From an uncultured Treponema sp. (GTDB taxonomy: Bacteria; Spirochaetota; Spirochaetia; Treponematales; Treponemataceae): 64,000 bases of DNA. Positions 1-9,610 of the stretch are shown here, piece by piece. The first letter of the stretch is position 1. Each line of letters opens with the position of its first letter. The stretch lies in the NCBI GenBank assembly GCA_937877515.1, contig CALFIX010000049.1:7485-71484 (forward strand), in the 5' to 3' direction. Position numbers and translations under genes: made by a program. The notes under the pieces are model-generated. The model did no database searches, was not told where the DNA came from, and saw only the letters and a list, made by a program, of their open reading frames with translations.

Positions 1-7
1 CTCTGAA

Positions 8-307
8 ATGTATACTTATGCCTACAACATTTGCAGACATCATCATGAACGCTGGGACGGAAGAGGGTATCCTGATAAACTAAGCGGAGAAAATATTCCA
101 ATAGAAGCTCAAGTGGTTTCTATGGCAGATGTAATAGATGCCTTATGTTGTAAGCGCGTTTACAAGCCTGCTTTTGATAAAAATAAAACTCGCGAAATGA
201 TTCTTAATGGTGAGTGTGGCTGTTTTAATCCTGCAATAATTGAGTGTTTTAAAATGTGCTACGATGATATTTACGAGATGAATTTTAGTAAAAAAATAGA
301 ATTATAA
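8..307 (+). CDS. HD-GYP domain phosphodiesterase, C-terminal part (gene probably begins upstream of window)
   Basis: HHHERWDGRGYP and ADVIDAL..R.YK motifs of HD-GYP domains. Confidence 0.85.
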   Translation: MYTYAYNICRHHHERWDGRGYPDKLSGENIPIEAQVVSMADVIDALCCKRVYKPAFDKNKTREMILNGECGCFNPAIIECFKMCYDDIYEMNFSKKIEL

Positions 308-337
308 AAATACCCCTTTTGTAAAAGGAGGAGCCGC

Positions 338-1621
338 GTGCAAAATTCACTTTTTTCTGTAAGGACCGATGAAAATAATTTAAAGTGGGAACAATGTATA
401 AAACGGGAAAGCTCTTTGTATGAAAGAGGAAACTCTATCCGAAGTGACTTTGAAAGAGACTACACCAGGCTTTTACATTGCGAGTCGTATCGCAGACTTA
501 AACATAAGACTCAAGTGTTTTTTGCTCCTCATAACGACCATATATGCACCCGCATGGAGCACGTAAGCCATGTTGCCAGTGTTTCTACAACAATTGCAAA
601 GTATTTGGGTCTTAACCCTGAGTTAACAAATGCAATTGCAATCGGTCATGATATAGGTCATGCTCCGTTTGGTCATACAGGAGAAGATATTTTAAATGAG
701 CTTATGAGCAGCAGGAAAATCGGCCGTAATGCTCCCAAAAAATTCTGGCATGAAAGAAATTCTCTTTTTTTTGCAGATTATATAGACACTTTGTCTGATC
801 CGAATGGTGTAGAAAAGAATTTAGATTTAACGTATGCCGTGCGAGATGGCCTTGTTTGTCATTGTGGCGAAATTGACCAGCAGGGGATCCTTCCCCGCGA
901 TAAAATCATTGATTTATATGATATAAAACGCCCTGGTCTAGTTCAGCCTTATACGTGGGAAGGGTGTGTTGTAAAAGTTAGCGATAAGATTGCATTTTTA
1001 GGACGCGATCTGGAGGATGCCCGTACTTATCATATACTTGATATGTCAAGCTATAGGGAGCTCAGGCATATTGTTGTAGAAACACTGGGCTTTGGTCCTT
1101 CAAAAAAAGAAAGCAGTCATACAACAAATGGTGTGTTTAGATCTGGTCGTGCTGTAAATACGACTGTATTAATGAACGATATGATTGTTGACTTGTGCGA
1201 GCAGTCAAGTGTAGAAAAGGGGCTTTGTTTTAGTGAGCCATATTTTAAGTTTATTGTTGAACTAAAAAAGTTTTGCTTTTCTAATATTTATAATCATTGG
1301 CGTCTTATTGAGTTTCAAAATTATGCGCGCAATGTTCTTGGAACAATTTACAGAACTTTAATGCGTTTAGCTCCTTATGCTCAGAATCATAGACTTGAGC
1401 AGTGTCTGCGTTATACACCAAATTTACAAAAAACTTTTGTTGATTGGGTTGTAAAGTATTCAAATTACGATGTCAGTAGAAAAAAAATACTTCGTTATGA
1501 GACAAAGGAAGTTTTTGATGTAACAAATGATGAAAGCTGGGAAAAATGTGTGCTTGAGTATATAAGCGGCATGACGGACCAGTACGCAATTACAGTTTTT
1601 AACGAAATACTTTCGTTTTAA
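338..1621 (+). CDS. dgt: Deoxyguanosinetriphosphate triphosphohydrolase-like HD protein
   Basis: RSDFERDYTR, RRLKHKTQVF, TRMEH, HDIGHAPFGH and YISGMTD motifs; AGGAGG RBS before GTG. Confidence 0.9.
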   Translation: MQNSLFSVRTDENNLKWEQCIKRESSLYERGNSIRSDFERDYTRLLHCESYRRLKHKTQVFFAPHNDHICTRMEHVSHVASVSTTIAKYLGLNPELTNAIAIGHDIGHAPFGHTGEDILNELMSSRKIGRNAPKKFWHERNSLFFADYIDTLSDPNGVEKNLDLTYAVRDGLVCHCGEIDQQGILPRDKIIDLYDIKRPGLVQPYTWEGCVVKVSDKIAFLGRDLEDARTYHILDMSSYRELRHIVVETLGFGPSKKESSHTTNGVFRSGRAVNTTVLMNDMIVDLCEQSSVEKGLCFSEPYFKFIVELKKFCFSNIYNHWRLIEFQNYARNVLGTIYRTLMRLAPYAQNHRLEQCLRYTPNLQKTFVDWVVKYSNYDVSRKKILRYETKEVFDVTNDESWEKCVLEYISGMTDQYAITVFNEILSF

Positions 1622-1624
1622 GAT

Positions 1625-2248
1625 GTGGCTTTTAATATGCTGAATAATTTGTTACGAAAAGAAGTAATGCTTTGTGTAAAAAAAATATCTCAGGAAGAAA
1701 AGTGTGCACAAAGTAAAGCTGTATGCAGAAAACTTCTTTCCTTAGATGAATATAAAAGTTCTACCAAGGTGCTTTCTTATGTTTCCATGAATGATGAGCT
1801 TTCTACAGATGAGCTTAACGAAAAAGCTTTAGAAGATCATAAAGAGCTTTATTTGCCTCGCGTTATTCAGGGAACTTCTTTTATGGAATTTTATAAGGTA
1901 TCGGCTTCTCCGGTCCGTAAAAATCTTGTAAGCGGTAACTGGGGAATTTTAGAGCCGTCTTTAATAAAAGAAAATCTTTTTGAAGCAGAAAAATTAAGTC
2001 CTTCTGATAAGATTTTTATTGCGGTTCCCGGTGTAGTGTTTTCTGAGAGCGGTGGAAGAGTGGGGCACGGTAAAGGTTTTTACGATATATTCCTTTCGTC
2101 TTTAGCCCTTTGTGCAAAAAAGAATAATTTTTTCTTTTTTACTTGTGGCTTAGCTTTTAATGAGCAGATTAGAGAAAATTTAGCTTTGGAACCTCATGAC
2201 TATATTTTAGATAAAGTCATTTTTTTGAATCAACTGAATAAACAGTAA
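1625..2248 (+). CDS. 5-formyltetrahydrofolate cyclo-ligase
   Basis: VPGVVF...RVGHGKGFYD and EPHD motifs; start codon uncertain. Confidence 0.88.
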   Translation: MAFNMLNNLLRKEVMLCVKKISQEEKCAQSKAVCRKLLSLDEYKSSTKVLSYVSMNDELSTDELNEKALEDHKELYLPRVIQGTSFMEFYKVSASPVRKNLVSGNWGILEPSLIKENLFEAEKLSPSDKIFIAVPGVVFSESGGRVGHGKGFYDIFLSSLALCAKKNNFFFFTCGLAFNEQIRENLALEPHDYILDKVIFLNQLNKQ

Positions 2249-4994
2249 ATTCACATTCTTCTGGAATGTACGAAAGAATTTTAAAAAATGCCGTGGCGTC
2301 AGCATTTTCAATTAAGAGATAGCTGTCTAAATAGTTTGTGGGCCTGTCCATTCTTAAGCCTTCGTGCATAAGCCTTGCAGTACCCTCGTTGCTTTGGGTA
2401 AGAGCGAGTTCTTTTTCTTCCCATAATGCTTTTATATTTATAAGAACGCTGTCGTCATTAGATTTTATGGCTTCTTCCAGCTCATTGTATAATTCTTTTC
2501 TTGAGGCTTTATATGCATTTATAAAATCGCTTCTGTGTAATATTTTTTGAGCCTCCAACATGCCAACTTTTACGCTGTCGGTAGATTTTATGGCTTTACA
2601 AGGCTTTTCCTCTCCTAGCCTTGACTGAATGCGTTCATTAAGGGTGTATAAAACTGCATTGAAAAGTTCTTTTTCATTGCCTTCTGGCGAAAGAAAATAT
2701 AACTGAACTGGGTCGTAAAAATCTTTTGTAGGAATTAAGAGCGGAGAGTCATTTATGGTAAGAGAGGGGTCTAAGTCAGAAACAAATTGATGAGAAAGCT
2801 GTACAGCCCTGGTTTTATTTTTAAACTGGGGCATTGGGCTTTGATACGTTTCTCTAATGCTTTGCTCTTTTAATATACCTAAAGTTTTTTCTGAAATGTT
2901 AAATGCCTTTTCTGCGGCTATGTCTCCCGTAATTACAAGAGAGTAAAGAGATGCGTCTAAAAGTTGCGTGTAAGCCTCGTTTACACTCATGTAAGTTGTT
3001 TTTTGTAAAATGCTTTCTGTTGAAGAAAATTGAGAACCAAAAGAAGTTCCTCTGTAAAGGTAAGAAAGTGCATTGCTTCTAAGCTGTGTGTCTAAAAAAA
3101 TATTTTTCATGCTCCATTGGTAAGAAAGTTCGCTTGCCAAGGTGTCTGCCGTAACAGGACTTACTTCTCCATAAACAACTGCGTCTGTAACGGCCTGCAA
3201 AACTTTTTCTGTGTCCTCGGAAACACATTCTACTGTAATAAAAGAAACAGTTTCTTCTGTCCAGGCCTTAATGCTTGTTTTAGTTTTCTGCAAGAGATTT
3301 TTTATGTTCTTTGCAAATGCATTTATCAGCATTGTTCTAAGCTGCCTTTGGTCAGAAGGAGATGACGCTTCACCACCTTCTATGCCTAAAGAAATTACAA
3401 CTGTTTGAGACCCCCTGTTTTCTCTTGCTGCCAGAGGAATTCCGTTTGAAAGAGTAAAGCTTTTTATTTTCTTAGAGTTTAGAAAATAATATTTGTCCTG
3501 CTCCCTGATTACTTCATCTTGAATAAGGTTTTTTAGTTCTTCTTCGTCTTTTGATAAAACTTTTTTTGCTTCGTTTTGTGCAATTAAAGAAAGCGTTTTA
3601 TCTTTATACCAGGAAGCGTTTGCTTCTGTAATTAATTCGTAGCCCAGAGATGTAAAGTCTTCTTCTGATTTTCTATAGACTGCATCATTTATTAGTACAA
3701 AAACAAAAGGTTCTTCTTTTTCTATAAGATTATAAATAAGGTTTTCGTTCTGCCCCTGCACGTTGTGTGCCAGGTCTAAAAAGTGAGTGTAAAATTCAAG
3801 GGGATCTTTTTCATCATTTAAGGCCCAGAAGTCTGCTAAAAGCTCCATGGCCTTTTTTGACTCGCTGGAGAGAGTTCTGTATTTGTAGTTGACTTCTTCC
3901 TGAGCCTTTACGAATGCACTTCGGGAAAGTCTTGCGCTTTTTTTTGTAATTTCTAAAAATCTTTCTGTCTTTAATGCCGGGCTTAAAGCCGTATCCTGTA
4001 AGTCTGTTTCCTCCAGGAGGGCTTGTAAAATAAATCTTGAGCTTCCGTTTTTCTGGGCACTTGCGGCGTTTACATAGTCCCTGCTCCTTATGCCAAGAGT
4101 TATTTCCTGAGTGGTGTTCTTTTTGTATTCAGAAAAAGAGTCGTTAAAAGCTGCTGCAAGAATGTCTGCCTGGCTCATGGAAAGCGTTGTAAACTGAATT
4201 ATAATCTGCGTCATGTCTTTAGGAAACCATGAAGCAGTCAATACGTATTTTTTTTGAGAACTTTTGTCTTTATTGTTTTTAATGACAGGTGTTATGTATG
4301 TGTTTTTTTTAGTGGAAGACCAGGAAGAAAAATGTTCTTCTACAATAGTCAGAACCTTGTCTGCTTCCAGCGGGCCTGTAATGAATAGGGCTGAATTTTC
4401 TGGAGTGTATAAGGTTTTTCCGATGCTTTTTAATATGGCCCTGCATTCAGAAATTTTATATGAAGAAAATAAAGACGGATAAATACCGGAGTCCTGCTTC
4501 CATGGACTTTCAGAAAAAACACGAGAGTCTATGGCACTGTTTATAAAGCCGGTTGAGCTTTCCGCGTAATTTTTGGATTCTTCTTTTAGGTTTTCAAATT
4601 CTTTTCTTATGGCTTTGTCGGTAAAGTTAGGAGCTTTTAAGCATTCCGAGAGTTCTTTGAGGTGTGAGCTTAAAGCAAGGGGACTTACGTCTTTTATGAA
4701 TGTTGCGCTGTCTGCATTGCATGAAGCTGTGCTGCCCTGAGTAAAAAGGCGCGTGTAAAGAGGAATAAAGCCTGTGTTGTGGGCATTTTGCTTTGAAAAA
4801 CCTGCTTTAACGCAGAGCTCAACATGAGTTAGTGCAGAATTAGAATCTTCTTCAATAAAGACTGTCAGTCCATTTTCTAAAGTGCATATATGTAAGTTTT
4901 CGTTGTAGTTTTCTCGTCTTATCTGAATGTCTGTCTGACAAAAAACATGACAGGCAAAAAAGAGCATAAAAAAAAGTGCTGGAGTTTTCTTCAT
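2217..4994 (-). CDS. Exported M16 (insulinase)-fold protein, probably catalytically inactive
   Basis: Signal peptide, duplicated M16 N-domain openings (LENGLTV, LSNGIPL), YTPENSALFITG; no HxxEH motif. Start moved to ATG 4994, 7 nt after TGnTATAGT. Confidence 0.75.
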   Translation of the reverse strand: MKKTPALFFMLFFACHVFCQTDIQIRRENYNENLHICTLENGLTVFIEEDSNSALTHVELCVKAGFSKQNAHNTGFIPLYTRLFTQGSTASCNADSATFIKDVSPLALSSHLKELSECLKAPNFTDKAIRKEFENLKEESKNYAESSTGFINSAIDSRVFSESPWKQDSGIYPSLFSSYKISECRAILKSIGKTLYTPENSALFITGPLEADKVLTIVEEHFSSWSSTKKNTYITPVIKNNKDKSSQKKYVLTASWFPKDMTQIIIQFTTLSMSQADILAAAFNDSFSEYKKNTTQEITLGIRSRDYVNAASAQKNGSSRFILQALLEETDLQDTALSPALKTERFLEITKKSARLSRSAFVKAQEEVNYKYRTLSSESKKAMELLADFWALNDEKDPLEFYTHFLDLAHNVQGQNENLIYNLIEKEEPFVFVLINDAVYRKSEEDFTSLGYELITEANASWYKDKTLSLIAQNEAKKVLSKDEEELKNLIQDEVIREQDKYYFLNSKKIKSFTLSNGIPLAARENRGSQTVVISLGIEGGEASSPSDQRQLRTMLINAFAKNIKNLLQKTKTSIKAWTEETVSFITVECVSEDTEKVLQAVTDAVVYGEVSPVTADTLASELSYQWSMKNIFLDTQLRSNALSYLYRGTSFGSQFSSTESILQKTTYMSVNEAYTQLLDASLYSLVITGDIAAEKAFNISEKTLGILKEQSIRETYQSPMPQFKNKTRAVQLSHQFVSDLDPSLTINDSPLLIPTKDFYDPVQLYFLSPEGNEKELFNAVLYTLNERIQSRLGEEKPCKAIKSTDSVKVGMLEAQKILHRSDFINAYKASRKELYNELEEAIKSNDDSVLINIKALWEEKELALTQSNEGTARLMHEGLRMDRPTNYLDSYLLIENADATAFFKILSYIPEECEFTVYSVDSKK

Positions 4995-5039
4995 GTCTAG
5001 CACTATACCATAATTTTTAACTGCGGTATACTATGCCTT

Positions 5040-7268
5040 ATGGTTACATTAACATTAAAGCAAAAAGAAAATACTGTAGAACCTCCTGAAGAATTATTAA
5101 AAGGTAAAAGACATTTAACACCAAAAGAAATATATATCTTAATTCAAAATAGAAATACTTCATCAGAACCCGACTGGCAGAATGTATGGGTAAGCGAAGA
5201 AGAAGATTGCTTTGCCGTAAGTCAGATTATTCAGAGTGAATTTGATGGATGGGTTGTTTTAGGAAAGCTGAGAAAGGCAACCTTAAAGTATCATGACCTT
5301 GAACTTGAAACAGGTATTTACCGCTCAGTTTTAAAAAATGTCTGCACTGGTGATGATTGTGTTATACGCAATGTAAGCTACATAGAAAATTACCGTCTTG
5401 GAAAGCAGGTCATGCTTTTTAATATTCAGGAAATAAGCTGTACGCTGCATTCAAAGTTTGGCGAAGGCCTTTTAAAGGAAGGTGAAAGCGAAAGCAACCG
5501 CATCTGGATAGGAGTTGGAAACGAAAATGACGGAAGAGCTGTTTTAGCTTTTACAGATATGATTCCTGCAGATGCATTTCTGTGGTCTCGCTTTAGAGAA
5601 GATAAGGAACTTCAGAAACGTTTTGTAGAGCTTACTGAATGTAATAAGGATAAAAGATGCAATGCTTACGGCATTATAGAGGATAATGCCGTTATAAAAA
5701 ACTGTACCCTCTTAAAAGATGCAAAAATAGGTAAGGCCGCCTATATAAAGGGAGCTTTCAAGCTAAAGAACATAACCGTACTTTCTTCTGAAGAAGAGCC
5801 CAGTCAGATTGGCGAAGGCGTAGAAATGGTAAACGGCATAATGGGCTACGGAAGCCATGTGTTTTACCAGGCTGTTGCTGTTCGCTTTGTTATAGGGCGC
5901 AACTGCCATTTAAAATACGGGGCTCGTCTTTTAAACTCTGTGCTAGGAGATAATTCTACGGTTTCCTGCTGTGAGCTGTTAAATAATTTAATATTTCCTT
6001 TTCATGAACAGCATCACAATTCTTCTTTTTTAATTGCATCTACGGTTCAAGGGCAAAGCAACATAGCAAGTGCTGCAACTATCGGCAGTAATCACAACTC
6101 GCGTTCTCCTGATGGCGAAATGATTGCAGGCCGCGGGTTCTGGCCAGGCTTGTGTTCAGATTTTAAATTTAATTCTAAGTTTGCAAGTTTTGTTCTGGTT
6201 TCTAAGGGAAGTTATCAGAATGAACTCAACATAACCTATCCATTTTCTTTAGTTGCTCCAAGTTCAAACGACTGCACAGTCCATATAATTCCGGCTTACT
6301 GGTTTTTATACAATATGTTTGCTATTGTAAGAAATAAATACAAGTTTGCTTCCCGCGACAAAAGAGTTATAAAAGTTCAGCACATAGAAACAAATCCGTT
6401 TGCTCCGGACAGCATGCAGGAAGTTGGCTTTTCTCTTTACCGCATCATAGAATTAACTACCCGCTATTTAAAACTTCCAAAAGAAAAATGTGATGCCATG
6501 ACAGAATTTAATCCTAATCCGTCTTTGCTGGAAGAGTTTAGGGAAAAAGCCTGCAGCGTTAAGGATGAAGAAGAATTACACCAGATTGCAAAAGATTATC
6601 TTCATAAAAATCCTGAATCAAAATTTATTTTAACAGATGACCGATGCCAAAAAAAATACGGAGCTTTAATTTATAAACCTGCTCAGGCTTATAAAGAGTA
6701 CCGGCGCATATTAAAATATTTTATTGCAGAATGTCTTATGGAATGGACTAAAACTAAAAATAAAGACGTTCTAAGTGTAGAAGATTTTAAAGAAATTCAA
6801 AACCATACACTTTATAAACGCTGGCTTAACGTAGGCGGGCAGGTTATTCCTGTAGAAAAAGTAAATGAACTTTTTAGTGCAATAAAATGCGGAACATGCT
6901 CTTCCTGGAATGATGTTCACGCTTTTTATGACGAATGTGCAAAAAGTTATGTTAATGATAAAACGCGGTATGCTTTAAGTTTATTAGAAAAGCTTTATTC
7001 AAAAAGTTTAGAAAGCTTTACTTCAGAAGATTTTGATGACCTGACAAAAGATGTTGCTGCCGTTTCTTTGAACATGCTTGAGTCAAGCATTTCTAGCCGC
7101 GAAAAAGATTATACAGATTTCTTCCGTTCTGTAACATTCCGCAATAAAGATGAAATGGAAGCGGTTCTTGGAACATTAAATGATTCAAGTTTTCTCCACA
7201 TTTTAAGAGCAGAAACAGAAAGCTTTAACAGTACGCTTGAAAAAATGTTTAGAGACTTGCGGGGCTAA
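5040..7268 (+). CDS. DUF4954-like protein with hexapeptide/left-handed beta-helix-like segments
   Basis: 742-aa ORF; CCELLNNLIFPFHEQHHNSSFL and IGSNHNSR motifs recalled from the DUF4954 family. Confidence 0.7.
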   Translation: MVTLTLKQKENTVEPPEELLKGKRHLTPKEIYILIQNRNTSSEPDWQNVWVSEEEDCFAVSQIIQSEFDGWVVLGKLRKATLKYHDLELETGIYRSVLKNVCTGDDCVIRNVSYIENYRLGKQVMLFNIQEISCTLHSKFGEGLLKEGESESNRIWIGVGNENDGRAVLAFTDMIPADAFLWSRFREDKELQKRFVELTECNKDKRCNAYGIIEDNAVIKNCTLLKDAKIGKAAYIKGAFKLKNITVLSSEEEPSQIGEGVEMVNGIMGYGSHVFYQAVAVRFVIGRNCHLKYGARLLNSVLGDNSTVSCCELLNNLIFPFHEQHHNSSFLIASTVQGQSNIASAATIGSNHNSRSPDGEMIAGRGFWPGLCSDFKFNSKFASFVLVSKGSYQNELNITYPFSLVAPSSNDCTVHIIPAYWFLYNMFAIVRNKYKFASRDKRVIKVQHIETNPFAPDSMQEVGFSLYRIIELTTRYLKLPKEKCDAMTEFNPNPSLLEEFREKACSVKDEEELHQIAKDYLHKNPESKFILTDDRCQKKYGALIYKPAQAYKEYRRILKYFIAECLMEWTKTKNKDVLSVEDFKEIQNHTLYKRWLNVGGQVIPVEKVNELFSAIKCGTCSSWNDVHAFYDECAKSYVNDKTRYALSLLEKLYSKSLESFTSEDFDDLTKDVAAVSLNMLESSISSREKDYTDFFRSVTFRNKDEMEAVLGTLNDSSFLHILRAETESFNSTLEKMFRDLRG

Positions 7269-7280
7269 AGCTTTAAGATT

Positions 7281-7309
7281 TTCCCTTGCGTTTACAAGGG
7301 AATTTTTTT
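7281..7309 (+). terminator. Intrinsic terminator after DUF4954 gene
   Basis: TTCCCTTG-cgttta-CAAGGGAA followed by T7. Confidence 0.7.
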
Positions 7310-7311
7310 AC

Positions 7312-7340
7312 TTGACTAATATACACGAATATTGTATAAA
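7312..7340 (+). promoter_or_regulatory. sigma70 promoter of leu leader/leuA
   Basis: TTGACT-17 nt-TATAAA. Confidence 0.75.
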
Positions 7341-7347
7341 TATTCAC

Positions 7348-7407
7348 ATGAAATGCATAACACTACTACTACTACTACTAACTTTCTCTTCTGGTTGCCG
7401 AGCTTAG
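7348..7407 (+). CDS. Leucine attenuator leader peptide MKCITLLLLLLTFSSGCRA (19 aa)
   Basis: ATG 7348, six consecutive CTA codons 7363-7380, TAG 7405-7407; upstream of terminator and leuA. Confidence 0.88.
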   Translation: MKCITLLLLLLTFSSGCRA

Positions 7408-7443
7408 GTGGGTGGTGCATTTGTTTTATTCAAAGTACACAAC

Positions 7444-7475
7444 AAAAGCCTGTTGCTTCGGCAGCAGGCTTTTTT
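7444..7475 (+). terminator. Attenuator terminator upstream of leuA
   Basis: AAAAGCCTGTTGC-TTCG-GCAGCAGGCTTTT then T-tract; alternative pairing with 7394-7403. Confidence 0.85.
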
Positions 7476-7497
7476 ATTTATTTAAGGAGATAAAAAA

Positions 7498-9183
7498 ATG
7501 ACAAGTATGAATCCAAACGGTAAGTATGCTCCAATTCAGGACATTCCTCTTACAGACCGCAGGTGGCCGAAAAGCCACATTACAAAGGCTCCAATCTGGT
7601 GCTCCGTAGACTTACGCGACGGAAACCAGGCATTAGTTAACCCAATGGGAATAGAAACAAAACTTGCTTTTTTTGATCTTTTGGTTCGCATAGGCTTTAA
7701 AGAAATAGAAGTAGGCTTCCCTGCTGCAAGCGACACAGAATACGAATTCTTACGTCGCCTCATAGAAGAAAATCACATCCCTGAAGATGTTACCATTCAG
7801 GTACTCTGCCAGGCGCGCGAAGCACTGGTAAAAAAGACTATGGAAAGCATAAAAGGTGCTCCTCATGTAATTTTCCACATTTATAACTCTACAAGTCCTG
7901 CACAAAGAAAATATACATTCGGAAAATCAAAAGAGGAAATTAAGCAGATTGCAATAGACGGCGTTAAGTGCATAAAAAGCTGCATGACTAAAGATGATTT
8001 AAAACGCATTCGCCTTGAATATTCACCGGAAAGCTTTAGCATGACAGAAATAGATTATGCCGTAGAAATTTGTGAGGCTGTAAAAGCTGAATGGGGAACA
8101 AGCGCAGAAAACAAGATAATTATGAATCTTCCTACAACCGTAGAATGTTCCACTCCAAATGTTTATGCAGACCAGATAGAATATTTTGCAAGCCATATTA
8201 CAGAGCGCGAAAACGTAATCATAAGCACACACTGCCATAATGACAGAGGAACAGGCGTTGCAAGCTGTGAATTAGGTCTTCTGGCGGGAGCAGACCGTGT
8301 GGAAGGCTGTCTCTTTGGTAACGGAGAACGCACCGGAAACTTAGACATTGTAAACGTTGCATTAAACATGTTCAGCCAGGGAGTAGACCCTCTCTTAGAC
8401 TTCCATGACATTAATGCTATTGCAGAAAAATACAAGGTGTTTACCGGAATGGAAATTTTCCCGCGTACTCCTTATGTTGGAGAGCTTGTGTTTACAGCAT
8501 TCAGCGGAAGCCACCAGGACGCAATCAGAAAAGGTATGGCTGCCCGCGTAAATCAGGAAAAGAATGCACTTTGGGATGTTCCTTATCTTTTAATAGACCC
8601 GCATGACATTGGTCGTGAATACGAAGGAATCATACGCATTAACAGCCAGAGCGGAAAGGGTGGAGCAGCCTACATTTTGGAACAAGATTACGGTCTTTCT
8701 TTACCAAAGGCAATGCACCCGGCTTTAGGAAATGCCGTAAAAGCTGCCGCAGACAAAGCTCAACGAGAGCTTAAGAGTTCAGAAATTTACGAAATATTTG
8801 TTAATAAGTGGCTTGAAGCAAGTGGTAATTTAGAAATTATAGATCTTGCAGAAACTCATTTGGAGGGACCTAAGTCAAGCACTTCTGAGGGACAGGCTCT
8901 TTGCCGTGCGGTCGTTAACTGGAAGGGTGAACAGTATGCAATCGGAGACCAGGGGAACGGACCTATCGATGCTTTTGCAAACGCTCTAAAAAAGACACCT
9001 GCTCCACACTTCAGTATTTCTGCATTCCATGAACATAGCGTAGGAACAGGAAACAATACGGCGGCTGTCGCTTACGTTCAGATTACCTTAGAAAACGGCG
9101 AGCAGTACTGGGGGTCTGGAAAGAGTACCAACGTTGGACGCGCCGGTATAGATGCCCTTGTCAGTGCCTTAAATCAAATTTAA
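7498..9183 (+). CDS. leuA: 2-isopropylmalate synthase (yeast/actinobacterial-type)
   Basis: WCSVDLRDGNQAL, HCHNDRG, GNGERTGN, AFSGSHQDAI, RINSQSGKGG; C-terminal regulatory domain; AAGGAG RBS. Confidence 0.95.
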   Translation: MTSMNPNGKYAPIQDIPLTDRRWPKSHITKAPIWCSVDLRDGNQALVNPMGIETKLAFFDLLVRIGFKEIEVGFPAASDTEYEFLRRLIEENHIPEDVTIQVLCQAREALVKKTMESIKGAPHVIFHIYNSTSPAQRKYTFGKSKEEIKQIAIDGVKCIKSCMTKDDLKRIRLEYSPESFSMTEIDYAVEICEAVKAEWGTSAENKIIMNLPTTVECSTPNVYADQIEYFASHITERENVIISTHCHNDRGTGVASCELGLLAGADRVEGCLFGNGERTGNLDIVNVALNMFSQGVDPLLDFHDINAIAEKYKVFTGMEIFPRTPYVGELVFTAFSGSHQDAIRKGMAARVNQEKNALWDVPYLLIDPHDIGREYEGIIRINSQSGKGGAAYILEQDYGLSLPKAMHPALGNAVKAAADKAQRELKSSEIYEIFVNKWLEASGNLEIIDLAETHLEGPKSSTSEGQALCRAVVNWKGEQYAIGDQGNGPIDAFANALKKTPAPHFSISAFHEHSVGTGNNTAAVAYVQITLENGEQYWGSGKSTNVGRAGIDALVSALNQI

Positions 9184-9197
9184 TTTTTGGACGGTAT

Positions 9198-9276
9198 GGC
9201 ATAAGTTCCCCGCCACTACGGGTTTCGCTTTCGCTTCAATGCTTCGCATCAAGCCCTTCGTGTCGGGCGTAGGTGC
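9198..9276 (-). repeat. Intergenic nested-hairpin repeat, family A (CACCTACGCCCG end)
   Basis: Reverse complement of 9261-9275 is CACCTACGCCCGACA, shared with 11275 and 22764; internal stems. Confidence 0.6.
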
Positions 9277-9280
9277 CTCA

Positions 9281-9421
9281 AATAAAAACCCCGCCTGTTC
9301 AACGAACAAACGGGGCCAAAGGAGAGGAGGATGCAGAAATTCAAACAGGGAGTGTGTGCGAACCCTGCTTGATAAAAACTGCAGTGTTTGTGCTTATAAA
9401 GCCAACGACTTCATAAGACTT
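9281..9421 (-). ncRNA. Candidate ~140-nt small RNA with anti-Shine-Dalgarno tract and own terminator
   Basis: Minus strand: TTGTTT-17-TACATT promoter, long hairpin, TCCTCCTCTCCTTT, then CCCCGTTTGTTC-gtt-GAACAGGCGGGG-TTTTT terminator. Confidence 0.5.
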
Positions 9422-9610
9422 AACCCAAATGTATCGCACGAACCTTTAAAAAACAATAAATTTTGACCTTGTTTTATAAAAATAACAGTTTTTTCTTTAT
9501 TTTTTTTTGATTTTGTAAAGTTTTCAGTAGTTTTCTTAAAAAACGCAACAGAGTGAAGTTTTTTTAACTGTTTTTTTACAAATAACAAGATTCTTTATAT
9601 TAGCCTATAC

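Noticed and set aside
338..1621. dGTPase as an anti-phage defence gene
   Set aside because: Housekeeping context with no defence-island neighbours; cannot be supported from the sequence
7363..7380. (CTA)6 as a phase-variable microsatellite
   Set aside because: It is in frame as Leu codons of a leader upstream of leuA with terminator and antiterminator; attenuation explains it better
9239..9588. ORFs 9239..9466 (+) and 9394..9588 (-)
   Set aside because: They run through repeat, hairpin and promoter DNA with no recognisable protein features
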